Positions 47,845 to 61,209 of a stretch of 64,000 nucleotides of DNA are shown here, in pieces. A program made the position numbers and the translations under genes. The notes beneath the pieces were generated by a model. It was not told the DNA's origin. It made no database searches and saw nothing but the letters and a program-made list of their open reading frames with translations. Source of the DNA: Mobula hypostoma (taxonomy: Eukaryota); the NCBI RefSeq assembly GCF_963921235.1, contig NC_086097.1:164798001-164862000 (forward strand), written 5' to 3'. Numbering within the stretch: the first letter of the stretch is position 1; each line of letters opens with the position of its first letter.

Positions 47845-50800
47845 CCCGTTGGTGACCATGGTTTTCCATATAGATCTGTCCCTCATTTTTTGGATGACTT
47901 CCATTTCCTTGATGTGTAGCCACCTGGCTATGCTTTTGATGTACATAAGCCGAGGTCTTCCTCTAGGTTTGCTCCCTTCAATCTTTCCAGAGAGTATGTG
48001 TTTTTCTATTTCATCTTTCCACATGCTGTGTCCTAGGAACCTGAGTTGTCTTTCTCTTATTGTTGGTATGAGTGATCGAACTGCTTGGGCTCTTCTGAGA
48101 ACTTCTTCATTTGATGTGTGTGTGGTCCATGATATTTTTAACATTCTCCTGTCGAACCATAATTCAGCTGCTTCTAGTCTCTTTTCTATTGCTGGGGAAA
48201 TGGTCCAGCATTCACTTCCATAAGTCAGGATAGAATAAATGTAGCACTGCAGTATTCTGTTTTTAGTGTACGTGCTCATCTTTCTGTCTGTTAATATGGT
48301 CTTCATTTTTTGGAACGCTTCTTTTGCCATTGCTGTTCTGTATTTGATATCTGTGTCGCACCTGCCATCACTTGTTATTAGGCTGCCAAGATATCTGAAT
48401 TTGTTGACTTGTTTTATGTTTGTATTTCCAATCTTGATCACACATTGTGGGATGTTTGTCTTTCTGGAGATGACCATGCTTTCTGTCTTCTTGGTGTTGA
48501 TTGAGAGGTCTCTGCGATTACTTTCTGCTGCCACTATAGTGAGTAGTTCTTGAAGTTTTGTTTCTGAGTCAGCTATTAGTACGATGTCATCAGCATATCT
48601 GATGTTATTTATATTATGGCCTCCAATTGTGAATCCTTTGATGTCTTTGATACTTCAAGATATTTTCACTATACAGGTTGAATAAGTCTGGCGAAAAGAC
48701 ACAACCTTGCCTGACTCCTCTCATGATATTCACATACTCACTCACTTCTTCTATTCTGATGGATGCTGTCTGGTTCCAGTATAAGTTTCTTAAGAAATGT
48801 ACATCTTTCCCATCTATGTCAAGATCTTAAAGCATTTCCAGAAGATCTTGCTGTCTGACAGTGTCAAAAGCTTTTGTATAGTCAACAAAACATAGGTAGA
48901 TGTCTTTTTGTACCTGGATGGCTCGTTCACAGATCATCCGTAGCATGAAATTGCATTTCTGGTTCCAGTGTTTTCCACAAAGCCGCATTGTTCTTTACTG
49001 ATTTCTGGTTTTATACAGCATCTTGCTCTCATCATGATTACTCTGAGAATAATTTTTGCCACGTGGCTCATCAGGCTTATTGTACGATGTAACTCACATT
49101 CTGTTGCTCCCTCTTTCTTTGGAAGTGTGATGAACACTGATTTACTTAAATCATCAGGTATCTCCCCATGATCATAGATTTCATTTGTTTGTTATTTCTG
49201 TTATTTTCCCTATTCCAAAATCTTCTAAGGCCAGTATCATTTCAACAGCGATGTTGTCTGGACCAGTTGCTCTGTTACGTTTTGTTTTATTTACGGCTGC
49301 TCGAATTTCTGATTTTAGAATGCTAGGTCCTTCAAGATTCTTCTTTATGTTTGGTTTTTCTCCTCTGGTCTTCAAAAAGTTCTTTTATATATTCTGTCCA
49401 TCTGTTCAAGATTTCCTCTTTGTTCATAATCAAGCCGCCATCTTTTGCCTTGATGCATCCACTTGCTGAGCAAAGTAATTTCCCCATTAGTTCTTTAATC
49501 TTATTGTGCATCAACTTTGTTCCAGGGTTATGGGTTTGTAGCATTTCTATCTTGGAGCATTTCTCACTTAGCCATCTGTCTTTAGCTTCTCTGCATTTTC
49601 TTTTTATTGTCTTATCAAGTTGTTTGTATTCTTCGCTGTCTCTTAGTTTGATGGTCTGTTTTTGTTGCATCAATTGTATTATATCTTCAGTTATCCATTT
49701 CTTCTTACTTTTCCGTTCTTTTCGTGGGTTGGTTTCTTTTGCAGCTACAACCATGGATTCCTTCAGTATGTCCCAGGAAGATTTGCCTCCTTCACCCTGC
49801 AGCAATTGAAAACGGTTTTTCATTTTGATTGTGTATTCTGTTTTCAGATGAGGGTTGTTTTGTAGTTGTTGATAATCCAGTGGTTCTGATCTTTTTGGTT
49901 TCTTTAATTTTCTCATCTTTATTTTCATTTTGCAAATGACTGGTATGTGGTTGCTTCCACAGTCTGCTCCAGGATAGCTTTTAGATTGAGTTATCAAGTT
50001 TTTGAATCTGTTATTGATTGCTATGTAGTCGATTTGATTTTTTTTCTCCATGTCCATTTCCTTCTTGGATGTTGTTTAACCCAAGTGTTGGTGATTATCT
50101 GATTGTTTGTTTTACACCATGATATAAGCTTTTCTCCTCTTTCATTTCTTTCTCCCAATCCCTGGTCTCCAACAATATGGTCTTCTCTTCGCTCACCAAC
50201 TTTTGCATTGAAGTCGCCCATGACTATGATGGCTTCTTGTGATTTGCATTCTTCTGATGCTTTGTCTAGGGAGTGGGAGAAGGCATCAGTTTCTTCCTGA
50301 GCTTGCTATTGTGGGTGCATATACTTGGATGATAGAGATGTTGTTTCCTTGTCCTTTTAGTTTGATTAGCATCATTCTGTCTGAGATATGCCAGTATCCT
50401 AGCAGGCTCTTGGATGTTTCTTTGTCTAAGATGATTGCAACACCCTTTTCATGTTTACCTCCACCAGAGTATCTCATCCTGTAGTCGTCTGATTGGAATA
50501 CTCAAGTGCCTTTCCATCTTATTTCACTCAGGCCTAGGATGCTGACTTCTAGACTCTTCATTTCTAATTTTACGTTTTCTAGCTTACCAGCTTGGTGCAG
50601 GGTTTGAACATGGCAATTCGCAGTCTCTTGTTCTTGCAGACAGTAGTGGTATGACGATCCAGGCTCATCTGTCTGTTTACGTGATATCCTGTACCGAGCG
50701 AGGTGTCTGCACTATTTGGAAGTGGGCTGCCATTTACGCTGCGGTCTTTTACATTTGTGTATTATTAACCATGGCTGTACCAGGGATAAAATACAAGAAG

Positions 50801-51030
50801 TAGCTTCCCCTTGCTTGCTTCCAAAGCAGTGTCTTTACAAGGCGGGTGACCCTGAACATTGTCCTATTAAAAGGATCTACTGCTCAGTGTCTGAGAAGCA
50901 GGAACCATCGATTCTGTTAATCACAACTTGCCTTCTGCTTCATCCACCACCTGCATTCCGTGGCTTCACTGTAACCCAAGTAGGGAGGCTAACAGGTGCT
51001 ACACCTTGCCTAAGGGTGACCCAGAGGTAG
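47845..51030 (-). mobile_element. Near-full-length RTE-clade LINE (APE endonuclease plus RT), decayed
   Basis: IIQVYAPT, MGDFNAKVG, NQIDYI, GADCGSNH, RTISLMSH, GVRQGC, NIRYADD, FRYLGS, LTYGSECWT, GKIEGSKPRGRPR. Confidence 0.92.
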
Positions 51031-51134
51031 CTGTGGTTAATGGTAACCTCATTACCCAAAGCAAATGCTCCACAGCTGGATGTAGTTTATCCTCATACCC
51101 AGGAGAGAAAGAACTGAGTAGTTGAAGAAAATCT

Positions 51135-52155
51135 CCTCTCAATCTTCTATGTTCCAACTAATACAACCCTAACCTATTCAATCTTTCCTTATAACTCATG
51201 TTCTCCAGACCTGGCAACATCCTTGTAAATTTTCTCAGTCCTCTTTCAACCTTTTTTATGTCTTTCCTATAGGTAGGTGACCAAAACTGCACACAATATT
51301 CAAATTAGGCCTCATCAACATCTTATAAAACATCATAACACATCATCACATGTGCTCAATGCATTAATTTATGAAGGCAAATGTGCCTAAAGCTTTCTTT
51401 AGAACTCTATCTACCTCAGATGATGCCACTTTCAATGAATTATGGACCTATATTCCCAAATTCCTCTGTCCTACCACACTCTTCAATGCCCTACCATTCA
51501 CTGTGTAAGACCTACCCTGGTTGGTCCTATCAAAGTGCAAAACTTCGCACTTGTCTGCATTAAATTCCATCTGCCATTTTTCAGCCCATTTTTCCAGCTG
51601 ATGCAGATCTCTTTGCAAGTCAAGATAGCCTTCCTCACTGTCCACTACAACAATCTTGGTGTCATCCACAAATTTGCTGATTGATTGATATAGATGACAA
51701 ACAACAAAGGACACAGCACCAGTCGCTGCGGCACACCAATAGTCACAGGCCTCAGTCAGAGAGGCAACCCTTTACTACCACTCCCTGGCTTCGCCCATAA
51801 GGCCAATGTCTGATCCAATTTACTACCTCATCCTGACCAGCCTCCCATGCTGGATGTTATCAAGTGCCTTACTAACGTCCATGTAGACAACATCCATTGC
51901 CTTACCTTCATCCACATCCCTGGTAACTTTCTCAAAAAACTCTATAAGATTGGTTAGACATGACCTACCAGGCATGAAGCCATGCTGACTATCCTTAATC
52001 AGTCCCTGTCTATCCAAATACTAATATATCCAGTTCCTTAGAATTCCTTCCAATAACTTTCCCACAGCTAATATCAGACTCACCAGCATGTAATCTCCTA
52101 GTTTATGTTTAGATCCTTTTTTTTAAAAAAATAGTGGAACAACATTGGCTATGCT
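51135..52155 (-). mobile_element. Degenerate CR1 RT fragment
   Basis: DSQHGF..GRSCLTNLIEFFE; KFVDDTK; EKWAEKWQMEFNADKC. Confidence 0.85.
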
Positions 52156-52264
52156 CCAAACTTCCATCAGGCAAAAGATACAAGAGCTTTAAAACACACA
52201 TTGCCAGGCTCAAAGACAATTTCTACTCTACTGTTATAAGACTCTTCAATGGACTTCATGTATG

Positions 52265-52700
52265 AGAATTGTATGAGGAGAGTTTGATGGCTCTAGGCCT
52301 GTCCTTACTGGAGTTTAGAAGAATGAGAGGGGATCTCACTGAAACCTATAGAATATTGAAAGCCCCAGATATAGTGGACATGGAGAGGATGTTTCCTATA
52401 GTGAAGGAGTCTAGGACCAGAGGGCACAGCCTCAGAATACAGGAATGTCCCTCTAGAACAGAGATGAGGAGGAATTTCTTTGTCCAGAGGGTGGTAAATC
52501 TGTAGAATTCATTGCCACAGGCAGCTGTGGAGGTCAAGTCACTGGGTATATTTAAAGCAAAGGTTGATAAGCAGTGGATTAGTTAGGGCTTCAAACGTTA
52601 TGGGGAGAAGACAGGAAAATAGGGTTGAGAGAGATAATAAATCAGCCATGATCAAATGATGGAGCAGATTTGATTGGCCAAATTAACCTCATTATGACCT
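52265..52700 (+). mobile_element. CR1 3' fragment
   Basis: YEESLMALGL...EFRRMRGDL...RRNFFVQRVVNL. Confidence 0.85.
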
Positions 52701-53799
52701 TTGCAGCTTATTGTCTACCTACTAAGCACTTTCTCTGTCAGTGTGACACTATATTCTGCACTGTTATTGCTTTCCTCTGGTTCTACATGAATATATTTAG
52801 CTTTGAAATGTTATGTATGGCTTTCAAAACTAAGTTCTTCATTGTATCTCAGTACACATAGCAATAATAAACAATTCCTATGAGACTGTTAAAACATAAT
52901 TGAAGGTGTATGAAACAGTCAATTCTCCAAAAAGGCAGTCACACCTTTTAGCATTGGTTCATGATGCATTGAAAACTTCAGCTCAGTCCTGTGCAAGACA
53001 CACAAAATGGTGAAGGAACTCAGCAGAATAGATAGCATCTATGGAAATGAATAAACAGCTGCTATTTTGGGCCGAGACACTTCATCACGACTTTGTCCTG
53101 TCCTGACAAAGTAGAATTTCACAATGAAAGGAGATCATAAATTATTTAATGATTTGTCATGTAGGTGAAGCCTTCTGCTGTGCCTGCTGCCCTGGTCATT
53201 TCAGGTTGTAGAGATCACAAAATTAGGAAGTATTGTTGAGGAACCTTTGGCAATTTGTTGCAGAAAATCCTGTGGTCTGGTGAAGCAAGGGAATCTTTAA
53301 TTGAACTGAAAATAAATTCAGGCTTAGGGTTCCTGATTATGTATTTGAAGAATTCTCCTGACAGTGTTACCGAGCAGCCAGACAAAATCGAGTAAGTTTT
53401 TGGTATATTAATGAAGGTCATTTAAAAAATAGAACTCCACCTCCAGTGACAGGTTTATAGGATGTATCATAGAGGCGCCTCTCTGAAAATACATTGTACA
53501 GGAGCATAAATTACAGTGACATACAGCCAGGGTCTCACAGGAGATCTGAATGCAGAGTTGAATACAGCATCGGAACGTGAGTGAATATTTCTGGGAGGGA
53601 AAAAAAGATCAGAATGAAATAGTATATTTTACTTTCCATAAACATTAGGAAGAAATATTACTAGTAAATCTGATGGAATTTATACATACTAGCTGGGCAA
53701 AGATAAATCTAGGTTCCCAAACCAATGAATGCCTGCAGTTGCACAAATGCAGTCACAAAGACAGACTGAACGCAAGGATGCTTTTAATTTCCTACCTGA

Positions 53800-54350
53800 A
53801 CTTCAAAGTAAATTTATTATCAAAGTACAGATCCTGTATGTCACCATATACAACTCTGAAATTCATTTTCTTGCAGGTATACTCAGTAAATCCACGAACC
53901 ATAATAGAATCAATGAAAGACCACACCCAACAGGTGCGGACAAACAACCAATATGCAAAAGACAACAAACTTTGCAAATACAAATGAGGAAATGATTAAT
54001 TAATAAATATAGATAAATAAACAAGCAAACAATAAAGATTGAGAACATGAGAACTTGAAAGAGAGTCCATAGGTTGTGGGAACAGTCCAATGATGGGACA
54101 AGTGAAGTTGAATGAAGTTATCCCTACTGGTTCAAGAACCTAATGGTTGAGGTGTAATAACTGTTCCTGAACCTGGTGGTGTGAGTCCTGAGGCTCCTGT
54201 ACCTTCTTCCTGATGGAAGCAGCAAGAAGAGAGAATGGCCTAGCTGATGGGGGTCGTTGATAATGGATGCTGCTGTTCTGTAACGGCGCTCCATGTGGAC
54301 AGGTTTAATGAAGCGAGGGTTTCTCCTGTGATGGACAGGGCCACTGCGAG
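53800..54350 (-). mobile_element. Rex1/Babar 3' fragment
   Basis: AASIINDPHQLGHSLFLLLPSGRRYRSLRTHTTRFRNSYY. Confidence 0.85.
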
Positions 54351-55294
54351 CTGCTGACAAAACTTACCTAAAGATTCATATCTCATTGTTAACAGATCCT
54401 TTCAAGGTGCATATATGAATCTTGACACAATAACAGTAATTCAATCTACCTCAAGCAGGAAATTGGAAATTATTTTCTGCCAACTTCTTAAAGAAAAAAC
54501 AATTACTATGACTGGTATAAATGAGAAATGGAAATAGAAAATGTTAGAAACACTGAAAGAATCAGTAGAGAGATGAACAAGAGCTGATGTTTCATGTCAA
54601 TAATCTAGTAAAATTATTGATCTGAAAAGCTGACCGACTTACTGAGTGCTTTCAGCACTTCCTGCTTTTATCTTAAAGGCAAAGAGAGATATTGTATATC
54701 ATTCAATATAAACAGCTTGTCCGGGTCAGAGTCATGTTAAGTAACATATAAATAAAAATGAAATAAAAGAAAGAAATGTTATTTTGTTTTGTTTAATTTT
54801 GCTCCACTCCTCACAATTATGTCAGAGTTCTTGAATTTTATTTTCTATTCATTTGCTTCCTGCAGGTAATAAACAACACATTCATCATGTGATAACCAGA
54901 GAAAGAATGTCCATCCACTTTCTTCTCTTCCCCTAATAAAAGATACATCAGTCTGACAAGCAGAATTACCTTTTTCACGTATATTATAATGTTACAGCCT
55001 GGGATTTCAGTCACTGTGATCTGCAGTTAGTATTTTTTAATTGTGTAACTATGGTTGACCTTCAGTACATTGTTAATTCATTGTCTGCAGGTGAGTTTGT
55101 GGATATATGAACTAAAGATCATAAAACACAAAAACTGGGCCTTTATACCCACCTTATCTATACTGACTGTGATGTAATATGTATACCATTATATGCCTTT
55201 CTCTCCAAATACCTTTTAAACATTATAATTGTATCTGTCTCTACCATCTGCTCTGGTCATTCCACATCTTCTCAGTGAACAATCTACCCATAAA

Positions 55295-55810
55295 TAATGT
55301 CACAGGTGGATAGGGTCGTAAGAGAGCTCTTGGCACATTTGCCTTCATAAATCAAAGTATTGAGTACCACAGTTGGGAGGTTATGTCAAAGTTGTATAAG
55401 ACATTGGTGGGACCAAATTTGGAGAATTGTGTGCAGTTCCGGTCACCTACCTACAGAACAGATATCAATACGATTGAAAGAGTAGGAGAAAATTTACAAT
55501 GATGTTGCTGGGACTTGAAGACCTAGTGCTCATAAGTTAAGGGGGAAAGATGAAATATTTAAGGGGAACCTGAGGAGGGACTTCTTCTCTCAGAGGGTTG
55601 TGCGAGTGTGGAACAAGCTGCCAGCGGAAGTGGTGGATGTGGTTCATTTGCAACAATTAAGAGAGAATTAGTTATCCATTTATAGGAGGGGTGTGGAGGG
55701 CTATGGTCAAGGTGTAGCTCAGTGACCACGCAGGATAACAGTTTGGCTCAAACTAGATGGGCCCAAGGGCCATCTTCTGTACTGTAGTGCGTTTTGACTC
55801 CATGACTATA
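55295..55810 (+). mobile_element. CR1 3' fragment
   Basis: LYKTLVGPNLENCVQF and FFSQRVVRVWNKLP motifs in the nucleotide sequence. Confidence 0.75.
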
Positions 55811-56829
55811 TCATATCCTTTAAAATGTTCCCCTCTCATCTTCAGTCTGTGTCCTTTAGTATTATAAGATGGGTTCCTGACCTCACAGACTACCTCAATA
55901 TGACCTTGCACTTTATCATTTACCTGCACTGCACTTTTTTTTCAGTAGCTTTTACACTTTATTCAGTATTGCTCTTGTTTTCCCTTATTCACACTTAATA
56001 TACAGTGTAATGATTTGATCTGTAAGGTCAGTGTACAATATACAAGACGAGATTTTCACTGTATTTTAGTACATGTGAGAACAGTAAACCGATACCAAAA
56101 GAATTCCTTGCCCTTGGGAAGACAGTACAAATGGGTTAACGTGGGAATATTATTGAATTGGCTATACCAGAAAGACATTTAATTTGCCTTTCCTCCTATA
56201 CCATCAGAGGAAGAACTAGCACAAATGTTTTAGCTCAGAGGTCGATAATTATAGCACTGTAGTAACTCCAGCATAGGGATGGCATTGCCAATTATATCAG
56301 TGAGTTTTCTGTCCATAGACATTATTCAGGCAGCTAAATGCCACAGTTTAATTGAGCCTACACTTCTATCGCATTTTTCACTGAACTGTATAATAACGAG
56401 GACAAATTGGTCTTGGGTTATAATACAAACTGCTCAATAGTAAACTTACAGCCTATTGTATATCTTGACACATCTTCTTTCTAGTGACAACAACACAGGC
56501 TTTCCAAGTTTTTACTATATTTTGTTTCCTTTTATCTTCACACATTCAACAATGGTACTGGTGTTCTTTTACAGAAGCTTGCACTTGTGTGCAATTTAAT
56601 TGTCAATTTCAGATTTTGCAGAGCTCTGTGGTAATTGCATTGCACCCTTATTACAAGGTTATCCTACATGTGTATCTAATTGTTTATGGTGTATTCTTTG
56701 TAACCACAGCGCAATTTTAATGCATTCACGAAACCAGTGATTGACTGTATAATCTCTTTAGGAATTGAGATTAGCCTTTATCTTATTTTGTCTAGTATTG
56801 AGTCCAGACATTTTTGTCCAGTATTGAGT

Positions 56830-57275
56830 CCAGACATTTATGTCCAGCTTTAGAGAGGATGCAGAGGAGATTTACCAGGAAACTGCCTGGATTAGAGAGC
56901 ATGTCTTGTGAGGACAGGTTTCATGAGCTGGGTCTTTTCTCTTTGGAGCAAAAGGGGACGAGAGGTGACTTGATAAATGTGTATAAAATGATAAGATGAA
57001 TAGACAGAGTGTAAACCAGTGCCTTTTTCTCAAGGCAGCAGTGGCTAATGTCAAAGGGCATGATGCTGAGGTGACTGGAGAAAAGTTTAGGGGGCATGTC
57101 AGAGAGTGGTAGGTGGTGTCAGAGGCAGATATATTAATGGCATTTCAGAGACACTTAGATAGGCACATTGACGAAAGAAACATGAAGGATTAAGTTGATC
57201 TTGGAGTGGGTTAAAAGGTTGGCACACATCATGGGTCACAGTGCCTGTACCATGCTGTAATGTTGTATGTTCGAC
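56830..57275 (+). mobile_element. CR1 3' fragment
   Basis: ALERMQRRFTRKLPGLESMSCEDR...RGDLINVYKMIR. Confidence 0.75.
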
Positions 57276-57786
57276 GTTGATGCAGGAGAGAGAGCAGAGG
57301 CTTTTAAATCTCCAGCATTGTCATTCAGTAAAGCCTGTGCTTTGACATACTTGCTCATTCCACTCAACACTGATCTGTTTTCCTTTCTTCATTAAGGGAA
57401 GTACTGAACTGACTTTCCTAAAGGAAAGATGTACTGGCTTTGGAGGTGGCACATAGGACCTTAACCAGGTTGATTCTGGAGATGAAGGGGTTAGCCTACA
57501 AGGAGCGATTGAGTCACCTGGGACAATACTCACTGGAATTCAGGAGAATGAGAGAAGATCTTATAGTAACATAAAAAATATATAACAAGAGATAGACAAA
57601 ATCGAGGCAAGGGAGTTGTTTCCACTAGTAAGTGAGGTTAGAACTAGAGAACATAGCTTCAAGATTCAGGGGAGTAGATTTAGGACAGAGATGAGGAACT
57701 GCTATTCCCACAGAGTAGTGAATATGTGAAATTCTCTGATCAGGGAACTGGTAGAGGTTCCTTCATTAAATATATTTAAGACACAG

Positions 57787-59721
57787 CCTTGAACTCCAGG
57801 TCGGGTCTTCACGTGCTGCTATTGTGACTCCCCCACCACTACTCTGCTACCCTGTCTCCCTCAGATCCCACCGTCAGCTCCTGGGCCCTCGAGTCTCCTT
57901 CTTCATCTCACCGCAACCCTCCCCGCTCCACTGACACTACCAGCCTCCCTCTCCCTCCCCCCTGACCCCAGCTTTCATCCGAACTGGTCTTTACCATCCC
58001 TTCCGACCTTCAACTGTTTGAGGCAGAACGCTCTGTCCTCGGTAAGGGCCTCACCTTTGTCCCCCTTCGCCCACACCTCAGCGAGTTCGCCATGATGCTG
58101 AACTGTTCTTCTGCCAGCTCCGTCTTCGAACCTACTTCTTCAGCAAGGACTCTCCCACCCCCACCGATGACCCCTTCTCCCATCTTCAACCTCCTCCTCT
58201 TCATGAACACCCTGCTCTGGTCTTCTGCCTGCTCTGGATCTCTACTGCTAACTGCCGACAGGACATTAACCGTCTGACTTCACCACACCTTATTCCCATT
58301 CCAACCTCACTCCTTCCGAATGCGCTGCTCTCCGCTCCCTCCGCACTAATCCTAACCTCACTATAAAACCCGCCGATAAGGGGGGGTGCTGTTCTAGTCT
58401 GGCGTACTGACCTCTACCTTGCAGAGGCACAGCGACAACTAGCGGATACCTCCTCTTATTTACCCCTCGATCACGACCCCACTAAGGAGCAGCAGGCCAT
58501 TGTCTCCCACACCATCACCAACTTTATCAGCTCAGGGGATCTTCCATCCACTGCTACCAACCTTATAGTTCCCACACCCCGCACTCTCCATTTCTACCGC
58601 CTACCCAAGATCCACAAACCTGCCTGTCCAGACAGATCCATAGACACCATCAACTCTGCTCTCAAACGCATCTCTCCCATTTCACACACATCTGCTCTCA
58701 CCCCATCCTCCCTCCACCCCACTAGGAATAGGGCTCCCCTTGTCCTCATTTACCACCCCACTAGCCTCCAGGTCCAACATGTAATTCTCCGTAACTTCCG
58801 CCACTTCCAACGGGATCCTGCCACTAAGCACATCTTTCCCTCTCCCCACTTTCTGCTTTCCGCAGGGATCGCTCCCTACGCGACTCCCTTGTCCATTCGT
58901 CCCCCCATCCCTTCCCACCGTTCTCCCTCCCGGCACTTATCCTTGTAAGCAGAACAAGTGCTACACATGCCCTTACACTTCCTCCCTCATCACCATTCAG
59001 GGCCCCAGACAGTCCCTCCAGGTGAGGCGACACTTCACCTGTGAGTCGGCTGGGGTGATATACTGCGTCCGGTGCTCCTGATATGGCCTTCCATATATTG
59101 GCGAGACCCGACGCAAGATGGGAGACCGTTTTGCTGAACACCTACGTTCTGTCCACCAGAGAAAGCAGGATCTCCCAGTGGCCACGCATTTTAGTCCACG
59201 TCCCATTCCCATTCTGATATGTCCATCCACAGCCTCCTCTACTGTCAAGATAAAGCCACACTCAGGTTGGAGGAACAACATCATCTGGGTAGCCTCCAAC
59301 CTGATGGCATGAACATTGACTTCTCTGACTTCTGTTAATGCCCCACCTCCCCTTCGTACCCCTTCCCTTATTATTAATGTTTTTCGCTCTTTTTTCTCCC
59401 TCTGTCCCTCTCACTATAACTGCTTGCCCATCCTCTGGGCTCCCCTCTCCCTTTCTTTCTCCCTAGGCCTCCAGTCCCATGATCCTCTCCCTTCTCCAGT
59501 CTCGTATCCCTTTTTCCAATCAGCTTTCCAGCTCTTAGCTCCATCCCTCCCCCTCCTGTCTTCTCCTATCATTTCGGATCTCCCCCTTCCCCTTTCAAAT
59601 CTCTTACCAGCTCTTCTTTCAGTTAGTCCTGACGAAGGGTCTCAGCCTGAAATGTCAACTGTACATCTTCCTATAGATGCTGCCTGGCCTGCTGCGTTCA
59701 CCGGCATTTTTATGTGTGTTG
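57787..59721 (+). mobile_element. Internally deleted Penelope-like element inserted in a CR1 3' fragment (CR1 ~57400-57786 and 59722-59870)
   Basis: TSD TTAAGACACAG at 57776-57786 and 59722-59732. N-terminal RT motifs IKPADKG and LPKIHKP are followed by a jump at ~58643 to the TINSALKRI/GIY-YIG region. Confidence 0.9.
59625..59660 (+). ncRNA. Minimal hammerhead ribozyme motif (PLE-type, CpG-decayed)
   Basis: agtc-CTGACGA-agggtctcagcct-GAAA-TGTC-aact. Confidence 0.65.
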
Positions 59722-59915
59722 TTAAGACACAGTTAGATGGATTCTGGCAGAGTAGGGGAATTAGGGGTTTAAGGTAAATGGCAGGCAGATGGAGCTGAGT
59801 TTATGGCAAGATCTTGGATGGACCAGTTTGCCTACTCCTGCTCCTATTTTGTAGTATCTTACATTCTTAAATCTTTCTCCCACTTTGGTGATGTATTTTG
59901 TACTATAGCTATCTT

Positions 59916-60609
59916 TGTATAGCCCCCCTGGCCAGCCTCAGGGTCGCTCGGCTCACTGTCGTCTAGGGAAACAGCCCTCGGCCCCACCAAACTGGGTAAT
60001 CAGTTTATGTGGATGCTGTGTGATGTACCACACCCCACCCAAATAACAGACAATACACCAGATATGATTAAATGATTTACAGTTTATAGATATTACTGGA
60101 ACTATATAATTAATAGAGAAAATATAAAAGGAAAATAAAAGGCACCACACTTATCAAAGTTCAATCTCTTCGTGCACAAACAGTTGGAGCTCAGGACCCT
60201 TCTTCTTCACCCTGCGACCCCTCAGACCACCTCGACCAGCCGCCCGGGACCAACAACGGTGGTCAATCAGACGCTCCACACGAGTCCGTCTCCTCTCCTC
60301 ACCGAACGCCCCGCTTGGGGTCCGACCCCGTTAGCGGACTCACAGCACCTAGTCCATCCTCTATCTCTCTCTCTCCTGCTTTCTCCCCCAAAACCCCGCG
60401 CATACAATTTCTTACAGACACACCAAAGCACAACAACTATCGCAATTGGTTCATTCATCCTCTTATCAATAGATAATCCAAAACAATCTGCTAGTGGGAA
60501 GGACTTTCTCAGCAGTTAACATAACAAAGAAGCCCTTTCAATTATAACATAACAAAGAAGCCATTTTAATTAGACTATGCAGTGACATTAAAAAAAGAAA
60601 CCTCTTACA
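59916..60609. mobile_element. LTR-like element related to 35528-36123
   Basis: TGTA...TACA ends and shared gtctaggga...cccaccaaact...gtggatgctgtgt blocks, with a 28-bp tandem duplication at 60517-60565. No clean TSD. Confidence 0.55.
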
Positions 60610-60919
60610 TTTGCTTCATTGAATTAGAGTTTTACAGCTCAGAAAGGGCCCTTTGACTCACTTCATCCATGCAATAGAGTTGACCATTTACGCTAATCCC
60701 ATTTCCTGCAGCAGTCCACCATGTCTCTACCCTTTTCAAATCCAAGAACCTGTCCAAATGTCTTTAAAGAATTGTAATTGTGCCTGCCCCTACCACTTCC
60801 TCTGGCATCTGAAGCAATAAGGCAAAGAGCAGTGTTCTGGACCATGATCTCAGTAACAGGAAATCATGGCGAGAATACCTCTCTTTGCCTCATTCCTTTG
60901 CTCCCAGTCACGGTCATTA

Positions 60920-61050
60920 TCGATGAACATTGCAAATTTCAAAGAGGTGGCAACATCAACCTGACACTCACCAGCTTCCAAAAGCCATATCACTTGCAGT
61001 TTCACATCCATGCTAATGCTTTTCCAAGACACCTTAGATGTATTACCCTC
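60920..61050 (-). mobile_element. Tigger/pogo-like transposase N-terminal HTH fragment
   Basis: KSISMDVKLQVIWLLEAGECQVDVATSLKFA resembles the CENP-B/Tigger helix-turn-helix. Confidence 0.55.
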
Positions 61051-61209
61051 ACTGGAAGTTGCAGGCCATTTTCCAGACATTATGGATGGAAAAAAAAGGA
61101 ATAAATTGGAAGTGTCATTAATCTTCACCATCCAAGACCTGCCCTACTCTCATCACTACCATTGGGGAGAAAATACAAGAGCCTGAAGATTCTCGATGAA
61201 GAAAAAGTG

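Noticed and set aside
47624..48223. 199-aa hydrophobic + strand ORF
   Set aside because: A chimera of a pyrimidine-rich PLE tail and antisense RTE RT sequence.
53264..53391. Candidate + strand exon (ttgcag|AAAATC...ATCGA|gtaagt, open frame KILWSGEARES...)
   Set aside because: Weak polypyrimidine tract, no recognisable homology and no partner exons.
54362..54490. Minus-strand donor (cttacc) with nearby acceptors
   Set aside because: All three frames contain stops for both acceptors tried.
56793..56848. 26-bp tandem duplication (agtattgagtccagacattt) superficially like a repeat array
   Set aside because: Only two adjacent units and no unique spacers, in eukaryotic DNA; a simple local duplication, not CRISPR.
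60850..61131. Possible domesticated Tigger/CENP-B-like gene
   Set aside because: Only ~35 codons of HTH similarity with no DDE domain, embedded among CR1 fragments.
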